This document shows, piece after piece, positions 25,279-33,374 of a stretch of 36,680 bases of DNA (positions are counted from its first letter, which is position 1; each line of letters begins with the position of its first letter). The stretch lies in IMG/VR virus record IMGVR_UViG_3300012981_000015; one strand, given 5' to 3'. A model generated the notes under the pieces. That model did not search any database. It saw nothing but the letters and a program-made list of their open reading frames with translations, and had not been told where the DNA came from. Both the position numbers and the translations under genes were made by a program. The DNA is from a virus. Its lineage: Duplodnaviria > Caudoviricetes.

Positions 25279-25712
25279 GCCGCGCCTTCCAGCTTCTTGC
25301 CAGCATTAACCTCAGCCAGTGTCAGCCCGCCAGTCAGCTGAAAATGAGGCAATTCGCGGAACCGCTTCCAGCGTCCGGCCCATTCCAGACCTTGCGCCTC
25401 GCCGAGCGCGCCGACCTTTTGCCAGAGCAAGCCATCTGCGCCAGTCGTCCCCCATACCGGCTTACCAGCCCGTAGCGGAACCACATCGAATGCCATATGG
25501 AAATTATGAAAGGATTGCCCGCCGCGAGCATTGGTCACGATGCGACCAGGTACTGTGCGGCCCTGCGCGTAAAGCGCATTCTGTGCTTCAAAATCGCGGT
25601 AGGTGCAGGTAATGAGCAAGTCAATACCGGCCAGCTTGCACTCGTGAATGAGATTAAGCGCCTTGATTTTGACGGGCAGCTGTAAGTCGTCTAGTTTGCG
25701 TGATGTAATCAT
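25275..25712 (-). CDS. Endolysin, peptidase M15 family (L-Ala-D-Glu type)
   Basis: R...Q..LYAQGRT.PG.IVTNA, SFHNFHMAFD and ELPHFQ motifs; start ATG 25712. Confidence 0.92.
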   Translation of the reverse strand: MITSRKLDDLQLPVKIKALNLIHECKLAGIDLLITCTYRDFEAQNALYAQGRTVPGRIVTNARGGQSFHNFHMAFDVVPLRAGKPVWGTTGADGLLWQKVGALGEAQGLEWAGRWKRFRELPHFQLTGGLTLAEVNAGKKLEGAA

Positions 25713-25718
25713 GGTGCC

Positions 25719-25763
25719 ATTGTCGCGGCAGCATGATAATTGATTAAGGCGGAAGGGCTTCCG
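25719..25763 (-). promoter_or_regulatory. Putative activator-dependent late promoter of the lysis operon (Plys-like)
   Basis: TTAAGGCGGAA-gggc-TTCCG (25744-25763) and -10 GACAAT (25724-25719), 6 nt before the ATG. Confidence 0.75.
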
Positions 25764-25764
25764 C

Positions 25765-25793
25765 AAAAGAGAATGGACGCATTTGCGTCCATT
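25765..25793 (-). terminator. Terminator separating the activator/accessory operon from the lysis promoter
   Basis: Perfect inverted repeat AATGGACGCA-tt-TGCGTCCATT, followed on the minus strand by CTCTTTT. Confidence 0.7.
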
Positions 25794-25828
25794 GAGGGTT
25801 AATAATCTACGCTGTGTTTAACGCTTAG

Positions 25829-26113
25829 TCAACTTGCATGCTTTCTTAGCAAGCGACATGTGCGCCACTCTTCTTTGTCTTTCACCTTTGATGCGGACAG
25901 CTCCTGCCACTGCATGTTTTCTGGTGCATCTTCCCCACCAGCGCACAGCGGAATGATGTGATCGACGACATAACCTGGACACGATCCGCGCGTTACGCCT
26001 GTCTCCGGGCAGGGATTTATGCGCTTAAATGCCCGGACTTCTGCTGCAGATCGCGCAGCGGCATCAGTGGCTAATAATGCAAGCAGGATAAGGGCTGAAA
26101 TTCTATATCTCAT
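25829..26113 (-). CDS. Small HNH-like nuclease with signal peptide
   Basis: Signal-like N-terminus; CP...CPGYVVDHIIPLCAGGED.PENMQWQ. Confidence 0.8.
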   Translation of the reverse strand: MRYRISALILLALLATDAAARSAAEVRAFKRINPCPETGVTRGSCPGYVVDHIIPLCAGGEDAPENMQWQELSASKVKDKEEWRTCRLLRKHAS

Positions 26114-27122
26114 TATTCAGTACAGGTCTGCGTGCTGGTCGTTTTCCTGGAATTGAATCGGCAATTTTTTTAGCTTCTTCAATAGCAATTAATGCACGCT
26201 CTGGCGATAAATTACGGCTACAAACCCCTTTAGCTGTTTGCCGTTTACCTTCAATATAAGCAGCTTCCATTTGCTTGCGCTGGGTAGCACTTTTTATTAG
26301 GTCAGAACTTACTTCATATCTTGTTGTGAGGTAACTAACTGAACGCCAAACGCACTCATTGTACTTATCGCCCTTGAAGCCTAATGTGCCACGACCATAT
26401 AGATATCCGACATTACTAATAGAGTCTTCATCACCTTTTTTGGCATTTGCCATTTCCTTAGATAAGTCTGCATTCCATTCTGTTTTGGCTTTAATCAAAG
26501 CCTGTTGATACTCTTGAGTTTTTGGATCATCAAGCAATTCCATCTGCGGCACTTCAGCAAAAAACTCACCATTGTCATTAGCTGTCACTCCGCAGATATT
26601 GGCACACGGTTCTTTTCCAGTATTCCAGCCTGGATCAATACCACCACCCATTGTGTAGTAACAAGTATGTCCGAAAGCGCGCCAATCAATTAATCGCTGA
26701 TCTTGAGGGTCTTGGCTAAATTTAACAACAAGCTCAACGGGGTTTCGCCAGCCATGCTGAATACTCCCTGTATTATCTGCGTACCCCCATGAAATCTTGG
26801 CATCCTTGATATCTCCAGCCAAGGTAGCAACATTAGGACACTGACCAAAAAAAGCTTTTACTGCTTGCGCAACAAGTGGCTTATCCTTTTCCAAAACACC
26901 TTCTGTACTGATATTAAGATTAACAGCAGATGATGCAATATCTGGCTGATTTTCTTGTTTAGAATATTTTGATATGTAAATCCCTGCTACCAAAGTTAAG
27001 CATGCAACAATAAATCCACCACCAAAAACAACAACACCACTCGATTTCCGCAGACCAAAAAAGATCATCCAGCCTATCCAGCTACCAAAAAACACCCCCA
27101 GCATTATTGTTCCCGAATCCAT
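26103..27122 (-). CDS. AT-rich membrane-anchored protein (339 aa), possible Sel1-like motif
   Basis: Two N-terminal hydrophobic helices, Cys-containing soluble domain, AKKGD..SISNVGYLYGRG; GGGGAG ribosome-binding site. Confidence 0.75.
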   Translation of the reverse strand: MDSGTIMLGVFFGSWIGWMIFFGLRKSSGVVVFGGGFIVACLTLVAGIYISKYSKQENQPDIASSAVNLNISTEGVLEKDKPLVAQAVKAFFGQCPNVATLAGDIKDAKISWGYADNTGSIQHGWRNPVELVVKFSQDPQDQRLIDWRAFGHTCYYTMGGGIDPGWNTGKEPCANICGVTANDNGEFFAEVPQMELLDDPKTQEYQQALIKAKTEWNADLSKEMANAKKGDEDSISNVGYLYGRGTLGFKGDKYNECVWRSVSYLTTRYEVSSDLIKSATQRKQMEAAYIEGKRQTAKGVCSRNLSPERALIAIEEAKKIADSIPGKRPARRPVLNNEI

Positions 27123-27154
27123 GACACTCTCCCCTTGATTAAAAACTTACTATC

Positions 27155-27484
27155 CTAAAATAACTTTTCCATCCCAGTTAAATCTATCGATCTAACTGCC
27201 GCCGGGATATTTAATATAACAATCTGGTCCGATGCCAATTCAGTAGCCTTCCCAATCGGAACGATCTCCGCTTTCTGGATCATCGATAGCACTTCTTCAG
27301 CATCCGGTCCATCTCCATGTAGCCACACAGGCCACACTGCATCTATCTTGTCTCCGTACCATGCAAATATCTTTCGCTGGTATTCATATCGTTTCCCTTC
27401 ATGCTCGGTGAGCACTGAAATTCCCGCTTTAATATATAAGACCGTTCCATTTTTTGGCCCACCTACAAGCAATGATTTCATCAT
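27155..27484 (-). CDS. Hypothetical protein (109 aa)
   Basis: AAGGA ribosome-binding site; LVGGPKNG start; in an operon after the activator. Confidence 0.65.
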   Translation of the reverse strand: MMKSLLVGGPKNGTVLYIKAGISVLTEHEGKRYEYQRKIFAWYGDKIDAVWPVWLHGDGPDAEEVLSMIQKAEIVPIGKATELASDQIVILNIPAAVRSIDLTGMEKLF

Positions 27485-27494
27485 GGTTCCTTAT

Positions 27495-27887
27495 TCAGAA
27501 AAGCTGTTCCTGCTGGCTATTTTCAGCCTCAGCGCCAAGGATATTACGTATCTGCCGCTCTGTCAGGCTGTATTTCAGCGCCAGTTCACGGTGGGTACTG
27601 CCACTGGCCTGATCTGCGCGGATGCAGCGATCACGGGCGGCTCGTGTAGCCTCGACCGCACGCGGGATATCGAAGTGCATCTCTCCTCCATAAGTATCTG
27701 CCAGCTTGGCTGCTTGCTCCAGGCCAATCAACTGCGCGAGCTTGTGCTCTGCATCCAGCTTTTTCGGTACATATAGCCGAACGCCTCCATAGGTTTCGAC
27801 CAGCCTGAGTGTACCGGGCAGGCCGATCAGCTCGGCAATATCGCGCAGACTGGGCGGCAGGTCATCGGCAAGCAGTGCGGTATTCAC
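27495..27887 (-). CDS. Mor/C-family transcription activator
   Basis: LP..L..IAELIG, YGGVRLYVP, IPR...RDR.I and C-terminal HTH (ELALKYSLTERQIRNIL). Confidence 0.9.
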   Translation of the reverse strand: MNTALLADDLPPSLRDIAELIGLPGTLRLVETYGGVRLYVPKKLDAEHKLAQLIGLEQAAKLADTYGGEMHFDIPRAVEATRAARDRCIRADQASGSTHRELALKYSLTERQIRNILGAEAENSQQEQLF

Positions 27888-28117
27888 TTAGTTATTCCTT
27901 TCCTGTCTCTGACTCCAGCGCAAACCACATCCCATTTAAACATCCCAGGTACTCCCTCTGGCTCCTGATCGGCAAATGGATTTGCATTTGAGAGTGATCC
28001 ACTGCCATCCAAATAGAAACGAAGCCAATCGGTTATTTCTTTTTCCGTTGCTTGACCATTTGGTATCACCACACCGAAGGTAACGCGGACAATAATCACG
28101 TTATTTGTTGTGCTCAT
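27884..28117 (-). CDS. Hypothetical protein (~77 aa)
   Basis: ATG 28117 abuts the gemA stop; its stop overlaps the activator start. Confidence 0.6.
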   Translation of the reverse strand: MSTTNNVIIVRVTFGVVIPNGQATEKEITDWLRFYLDGSGSLSNANPFADQEPEGVPGMFKWDVVCAGVRDRKGITK

Positions 28118-28118
28118 A

Positions 28119-28526
28119 TCAGCTATTCCGTTTGCTATCAATGACCAGCGCTGCAATGATCTTGACCAGTTGGCGAGAGTCGCACCACTCAAACCGCTCT
28201 ACGCTAAACATTCTCCGCGCCATGCCATCAGCGTAGGTGTCGGGTCGGTTGCCAGCATCGATCAACAATGCGCGAACCTTGGCAACCAGGTGCGCTTTGG
28301 ATTTGGCTGGCGCTGGGCGGCTCTTGGTGGTTTTCTTCCACCCTTTGGCCTTGAGGTGATCCAGCACCTGCTTGCGCCCGGTCCAGTCCAGATCGGCAGC
28401 GCTCTTGACGCGCGCAACCGTCCATAGCATGGCACGGTAGGTTTCATCATCAAGACAGAGCTGCGTTTTGGCTACGTGGATCTGGGCAAGTTCGCGCTTG
28501 CGGATGTCAGGTGCGGTGTTATTCAT
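28119..28526 (-). CDS. gemA: GemA/gp16 (DUF1018) regulatory protein
   Basis: LAQIHVAKTQLCLDDETYRAML...SAADL...VLDHLKAKGW; start ATG 28526. Confidence 0.9.
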   Translation of the reverse strand: MNNTAPDIRKRELAQIHVAKTQLCLDDETYRAMLWTVARVKSAADLDWTGRKQVLDHLKAKGWKKTTKSRPAPAKSKAHLVAKVRALLIDAGNRPDTYADGMARRMFSVERFEWCDSRQLVKIIAALVIDSKRNS

Positions 28527-29169
28527 GATTAGCCTTAGATACTTCGCACTCTTGGTCATATTTCTGAATGCCCCATGCCAGCGCGTAGCAACACCAAATA
28601 AAATAGTTCGTATATTCAGTAAATCTGTGCTCAAAAAAGTCACTAAACTGAAACTCTTTGCCGTCTATCTTGTGGCAAAAGTCATATGCTGCTTGGAATG
28701 CGGCGTGCTCCCCATCATCGGCGCGGTTTAAAACCTCATCGTCTACTGCAGCCCACAACTCGCGACGAGATTCTTTATCGATCCTCCGTTCGCGCATCCA
28801 GCTCAGCCGATATTCGCTGACAACAGCGCGAAATTTGTCTGGATCAAATCTCGTAACGCCGCCATGATCAATGGCAATTAGCTTCTCAGACCAGTATCCG
28901 AGATTGATCGACAGCGTTTTTCCATTGTTCATGTAGCCGCGCTCGCGGTCGGTACGGAAGAACTCGAACATATCATCAAGGCGCCTGAAAACGTAGGTTC
29001 CCATATCACCCGTGTAACAGAGGTTCCCTGGCCAAGTGATTAGATCAAAGTGCATGCAGAATGTATTGGGCCGTTTGAAACGAATATGCCGATTTACGCC
29101 ATCGTCACGAATGATGATCATTTGGTGTTCGGTCACATCATTCAAAAAATCCTGTTCAGTAAAGTCCAT
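28519..29169 (-). CDS. Conserved phage hypothetical protein (216 aa)
   Basis: Long ORF with ribosome-binding site; RDDGVNRHIRF...FDLITWPG...GDMGTYVF pattern recalled from phage early regions. Confidence 0.75.
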   Translation of the reverse strand: MDFTEQDFLNDVTEHQMIIIRDDGVNRHIRFKRPNTFCMHFDLITWPGNLCYTGDMGTYVFRRLDDMFEFFRTDRERGYMNNGKTLSINLGYWSEKLIAIDHGGVTRFDPDKFRAVVSEYRLSWMRERRIDKESRRELWAAVDDEVLNRADDGEHAAFQAAYDFCHKIDGKEFQFSDFFEHRFTEYTNYFIWCCYALAWGIQKYDQECEVSKANHE

Positions 29170-29241
29170 GTCTAATCCTTTTGCTATTTCGTTAAACCTT
29201 CTCCAGCAGCCCGCTATGTTTAACGGGCTGGAAGCGAGGGT

Positions 29242-29528
29242 TTAGGCTACGGCGTCCTTCAAGGCCTTTACCGCTTTGAATGCTGGCACGCGCTTGGCCG
29301 GGATTTCGACTTCTGCGCCGGTGGCAGGGTTGCGGCCAGTGCGCGCGGCGCGGGTGGTGACGCTGATCTTGCAGATGTCTGGCAGCATAACTTCGCCACC
29401 GGTGGCCAGCGCAATGGTGCTGGCAGTTGCCAGTGACTCAAGGAATGCAGAAACATCAGCCTTGTTGACAGCGCGGTTGTGCTGCAGCTTCATCTCTTCG
29501 GTTATGCGGTCAATCAGTTCTTGCTCAT
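29242..29528 (-). pseudogene. HU-family DNA-binding protein with an N-terminal frameshift
   Basis: HU motif RAARTGRNPATG...IPAKRVPAFK..KALKDAV. The AGGAG-led ATG 29528 reads MSKN-stop, while QELIDRITEE continues in the HU frame. Confidence 0.72.
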
Positions 29529-29583
29529 GCTGTTACTCCTTTGGTTGGTGGGTGCTACGGTTAAACTTTTTCCATACTTGAAG

Positions 29584-30108
29584 TCAGGCGATTGTTTCCT
29601 GCTCAAACGGAGTGATTACAAAATCCTCTACGCCGGTCACAATATTCAAGCCAGCAACTCCACGTACTTCATCTGGATCATTGAGAATCGCTTCTTTATT
29701 TACCTCTTCCTTTGTGCGTACAAAACGAGCAAGCCCTAGTCTTTTCAGCATTTCGATAACAGAATCAGCGCCTCGTACAGATACTGATGGAGGTCTCTGG
29801 CGCCACTGAACTTCTCCTGTGATGAGATTGGCAGTTTTAACGCGGCCGCCATCTGTTAGTTCATCACGGTGTGCTTCACAATATCCTTGCACACCTTCTT
29901 GCAGCGTTTTAATTTGCTCGCCAAGCGCATCCAGGAGCGGCTGATATTTATGTGTAATGACAGCGATCTCATCGTTCATCTCAGCAGTAGTACGTATAGA
30001 TTCGCGCTGGATATCGCCGATCTTTCTGATGTTTGCGGCAGCATCGTCTTTGCTTTGTGGAACATAGATTTGTGCTTTAGTCTTGAGCCTAGTTACTGGT
30101 TTTGCCAT
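29584..30108 (-). CDS. gam: Host-nuclease inhibitor Gam (Mu type)
   Basis: CEAHRDELT, KTANLITGEVQWRQRPPSV, VRTKEEVNKEAIL and EDFVITP motifs. Confidence 0.95.
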   Translation of the reverse strand: MAKPVTRLKTKAQIYVPQSKDDAAANIRKIGDIQRESIRTTAEMNDEIAVITHKYQPLLDALGEQIKTLQEGVQGYCEAHRDELTDGGRVKTANLITGEVQWRQRPPSVSVRGADSVIEMLKRLGLARFVRTKEEVNKEAILNDPDEVRGVAGLNIVTGVEDFVITPFEQETIA

Positions 30109-30131
30109 TTGTTTCTCCTTTGTTAATTCAG

Positions 30132-30377
30132 TTAAAAAAGTCTCTCTTGTCCTGCTGCCTCAAGCTCGGCTGCGGTTGGAGGCGGTGGCGGGCCATCCGG
30201 ATCGAATCCACAGCATTCGATGGCTGCCTCTTCATCATGGTCATATTCGGTATGGCATATAGGGCAGATATAAACTTCCACTACGCTTGGGACACAACAA
30301 AATCTTGCTTCGTCTTCGTCATCGTGTAGCTCATGACATTCACCACACCTGAATTTAGGTTCAATTACTGTTTTCAT
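30132..30377 (-). CDS. Cys-rich zinc-binding hypothetical protein
   Basis: Duplicated CxxC...H...A..CC motif; AAGGAG of gam follows. Confidence 0.75.
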   Translation of the reverse strand: MKTVIEPKFRCGECHELHDDEDEARFCCVPSVVEVYICPICHTEYDHDEEAAIECCGFDPDGPPPPPTAAELEAAGQERLF

Positions 30378-30379
30378 GA

Positions 30380-30694
30380 TTACGTCCTCAGATGCATCTG
30401 ACCCAATAGGTCGTTTAGCGGGATATTGCGTAGCTTGGATTCAAGGTGCAGGCTATGCATGGCGCGTGAGCGCAGGAACTGGCAGGTTTGCTCCAGCTCT
30501 TCTGCTGTTTCTGCAATGTAGTAACCTGTATGCGGATGGCCACATATGGCGATCCCTTCTATCCGTGCGTCACTAATAGCACTGCGCACTTTACGGGCAC
30601 AGCAATTTAATAATATCGATAGCGCTTCCACCGACACGCCATTGCCAGCGCCGACGTGCTTTGCCATGATGCTGATGAGCTGGTGTTTATGCAT
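30380..30694 (-). CDS. Winged-helix-like hypothetical protein
   Basis: RKVRSAISDARIEGIAICGHPHTGYY pattern typical of Mu-like early genes. Confidence 0.75.
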   Translation of the reverse strand: MHKHQLISIMAKHVGAGNGVSVEALSILLNCCARKVRSAISDARIEGIAICGHPHTGYYIAETAEELEQTCQFLRSRAMHSLHLESKLRNIPLNDLLGQMHLRT

Positions 30695-31235
30695 GCTGAT
30701 TTCCTTTCATAATGGCTTTGGCATCAGCAATGGCTTTCGCTGCTGCCATCGGGTTGCGTTCTACTGGGGCTTCTGGCTTGAATGCCTGATGGGCAGCAGA
30801 TGTGCCAACTGGCGTCTGTCCAGCACGTCGCTGCTCGGTTGATTTCTCGGCACGCGCATTGGCTTGCTGGTTTTGGTTTGCGAGTATTCCTAGCAAGTAG
30901 CCATGCGACTTTAACGGCAGGCTGAGGCTATCGCGTCGAGCAAGTATGTCCTCTAGCGCAATGACCCATGCTTCACGTGGCGCGGCGTATAGCGTGCCAT
31001 TACGGGTGATTTTAGCGGCATGGATCATGGGCATCAGCTCGCCTAGCAATACGGCGACACGGCTCATGGACAGCCCTGTTTTCGCAGGGCGGAACAAGGC
31101 AAGGTACTTCATCATCAAAGGGCCGAGGCGCGTATCTATGCACAATGCAGCAGCCAGTGCTTCACGCGCTGCCTGATGCTCTATCATGGCGTCGAGGCTG
31201 CTTATTGCGCCACATGCTGGGCAGGTTAAGCGCAT
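30687..31235 (-). CDS. Conserved Mu-like early protein (N-terminal CPxCG)
   Basis: TCPACGA, YLALFRP.K and LPLKSHGYL motifs; GGAGG ribosome-binding site. Confidence 0.8.
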   Translation of the reverse strand: MRLTCPACGAISSLDAMIEHQAAREALAAALCIDTRLGPLMMKYLALFRPAKTGLSMSRVAVLLGELMPMIHAAKITRNGTLYAAPREAWVIALEDILARRDSLSLPLKSHGYLLGILANQNQQANARAEKSTEQRRAGQTPVGTSAAHQAFKPEAPVERNPMAAAKAIADAKAIMKGNQHA

Positions 31236-31393
31236 GCTGTGCCTCCTGCTGATTGGCTCACTGCTTTCGCGGCCTGTTGGGCGATGCGCGCGCGGCAGGT
31301 ATCACAGCGCCACCTTTTGTTGAAGAGCTTGACCGTACTTGCGCACTTGAATTTGTTGCAGCTCATGCGGTATTTAAGTCCGTCATTTTTCAT
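31226..31393 (-). CDS. Small Cys-containing hypothetical protein (55 aa, below the ORF-track cutoff)
   Basis: MKNDGLKYRMSCNKFKCASTVKLFNKRWRCDTCRARIAQ...; ATGA overlap with the upstream gene and fills the gap exactly. Confidence 0.65.
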   Translation of the reverse strand: MKNDGLKYRMSCNKFKCASTVKLFNKRWRCDTCRARIAQQAAKAVSQSAGGTACA

Positions 31394-31677
31394 GCTGCGG
31401 CCTCGCTTTCTATCGTTTCACGCCAGATAACGCGGACTTGTTCAACCAATGCACTGAACTCGACGTTATATCCGCTGCGACGTGAGACGATGCCGCTGTG
31501 TGACATGAGCTTTGCGTAATGCAATTGATTACGCACAGGTGCGATTTCTATCGTCATCCGAGGGTCCTGGCTCACGCTGATCACTTGCAGCCCTATGCTG
31601 CGCAGGATGCGGATCACTTCATTCTGCAAACTGATTTGCTGGGTGTGTACCAGGTTAAATACTTTATTTGATATCAT
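31390..31677 (-). CDS. Hypothetical protein (95 aa)
   Basis: AAGGAG ribosome-binding site; ends in a VIWRE motif; coupled to neighbours. Confidence 0.7.
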   Translation of the reverse strand: MISNKVFNLVHTQQISLQNEVIRILRSIGLQVISVSQDPRMTIEIAPVRNQLHYAKLMSHSGIVSRRSGYNVEFSALVEQVRVIWRETIESEAAA

Positions 31678-31978
31678 GATTCGCTCCTTTTGTTGGGCAG
31701 GTTATGCATGCACGCCAGTGCTTCATTGCGCGCGGGCTGCTGGTTGGAATAGCTGCGTTAGCATGGCTGTCACATTCGCTTTGTGGGATGTCACGGCCAA
31801 GGTATGGACAGCTGGTACGGGTGTATGTCTGGATGACAAGCTCAGCCATCTTGCTGGTGCCAGCGCCGTATTTACCGCTTAATAAAAGCGATACACTGGT
31901 GCGCGAAACACCCAGCGTGGCAGCAACTTGAGTACGATTGCTGGCAGCCACCGCCTTTTGTAATAGGTCAAGCCACAT
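31664..31978 (-). CDS. HTH protein with C-terminal Cys cluster
   Basis: VAATLGVSRTSVSLLLSGKY, CPYLG and HWRACITCP; GGAG before ATG 31978. Confidence 0.8.
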   Translation of the reverse strand: MWLDLLQKAVAASNRTQVAATLGVSRTSVSLLLSGKYGAGTSKMAELVIQTYTRTSCPYLGRDIPQSECDSHANAAIPTSSPRAMKHWRACITCPTKGANHDIK

Positions 31979-32552
31979 GGTTATCTCCCAGACCATACAT
32001 GCGGCATTCATTTTGGTCATAAACCCCGCCAGCTTGGCGGCGCACAGGTGGCTTTAACCCTGTATCCCGCACCAGCAGCCAGCGCTTGCTGCCTGGTGAA
32101 GTCAGTGCAGAACCGGCGCTACGTCGCTTCATTTCCTGCAAATAACCCGCCCGCGCCAATGCGGTCACATATCGGTTAATATTGTTGACTGGGTCAATAG
32201 CAGCTTCGCTACCATCCAGCACAGTACGCGCCAGGTCATCCAGTCCGAATTTGCGTTTAATACGGATTGCCCGCCATACCTTTGCACGCAGCGTGTTTGC
32301 GACAAGCCGTGGCGTACCGCGTGCTTTGCAAGGACCGGATTTAATAACCTCACCACCTGCATGAAATTGCGCGCCTTTATCTGTAACCCGATAAACGCCG
32401 TTACTGGCCACGGCTATTTCACGCTTTGCCAGACTAGCCAGTGCTTTTTGTGTTGCCTGGCGACTACGCTTAACCAGACGACTTGCATCAGCTGGCGAGA
32501 TGCCGTCACTCCGCGCTACTAAAACCGTTAAAAGTGTTTGCATCAAACCCAT
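31968..32552 (-). CDS. Basic winged-helix-like early protein
   Basis: LRAKVWRAIRIKRKF, RYVTALARAGYL and WLLVRDTG motifs; directly after MuB; start ATG 32552. Confidence 0.75.
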   Translation of the reverse strand: MGLMQTLLTVLVARSDGISPADASRLVKRSRQATQKALASLAKREIAVASNGVYRVTDKGAQFHAGGEVIKSGPCKARGTPRLVANTLRAKVWRAIRIKRKFGLDDLARTVLDGSEAAIDPVNNINRYVTALARAGYLQEMKRRSAGSALTSPGSKRWLLVRDTGLKPPVRRQAGGVYDQNECRMYGLGDNHVA

Positions 32553-32554
32553 GT

Positions 32555-33298
32555 TTAACGCCCCCCGCCCAGCTTGACCAGTTTCGGACGGCGCGCCTGC
32601 CAATCGTGCGTAAGGGCTTGGCCTGCGACATCTTCGAGTGTCACGATGGCCTTGCCTGCTCGCACCCCCGCTGATTCGACGATGGCGATAGCATTGAGAA
32701 TTTCACGCACGCGGCCGCTAGTGCTGCGCTGTATTTCAGCGACCAGGGCGGCATCTACCTTAACTTCACAGAGTTCATCGCAAAGCTTGCGGGTGTCTTC
32801 TAAGCCTGATGCGGCGAATTCAACCGCCCGTGCGATACGGCTGCTGATCTGTGGGTGGCGGGCGATCTTGCCCTGTATTTTTTCCATACCAGCCAGTATT
32901 ACCAAGGTTTCAGTACGGTCAGCAAAGTCGCGTATCTTCTCAAGCACAGCAGCATTGTTATGCAGGCAGTGGTCAGCCTCATCAATGACGATAGGGATTT
33001 GTTCACTGGCAATACGTGCTAAAAGACGAGCAAATAGCTGCTCCGATGTGCCACCCGCATCAGTACGCAAGAATTTCGCCAGCTCAATCAGAAAGTACTT
33101 AGGTGTCCAGTCAACATTTGCACGCAGGTAGATTGCGTCTTCCTGTGTTGCCCAGTGGTCGAGTGTTTCCGACTTACCGTAACCCGCGTTACCAAACACC
33201 AGCATCATGCTGGCTTCAGCTGCGCCACGGGCTTCTACGGCTTGTATCCCGTCAATGAAACTAAGAAAGTTGCTGGTTTTTACGAAATGCTTTTTCAT
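32555..33298 (-). CDS. MuB-like AAA+ transposition ATPase
   Basis: Walker A GNAGYGKS, Walker B IVIDEAD, QISSRI; follows the transposase. Confidence 0.92.
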   Translation of the reverse strand: MKKHFVKTSNFLSFIDGIQAVEARGAAEASMMLVFGNAGYGKSETLDHWATQEDAIYLRANVDWTPKYFLIELAKFLRTDAGGTSEQLFARLLARIASEQIPIVIDEADHCLHNNAAVLEKIRDFADRTETLVILAGMEKIQGKIARHPQISSRIARAVEFAASGLEDTRKLCDELCEVKVDAALVAEIQRSTSGRVREILNAIAIVESAGVRAGKAIVTLEDVAGQALTHDWQARRPKLVKLGGGR

Positions 33299-33374
33299 GT
33301 GTTAAACTCCAATTTGCTGCTGTTATAAAAACGGGTTTGTTCCCCGTTTGCCTCAAAGCCGTCTGGATTGCAGT

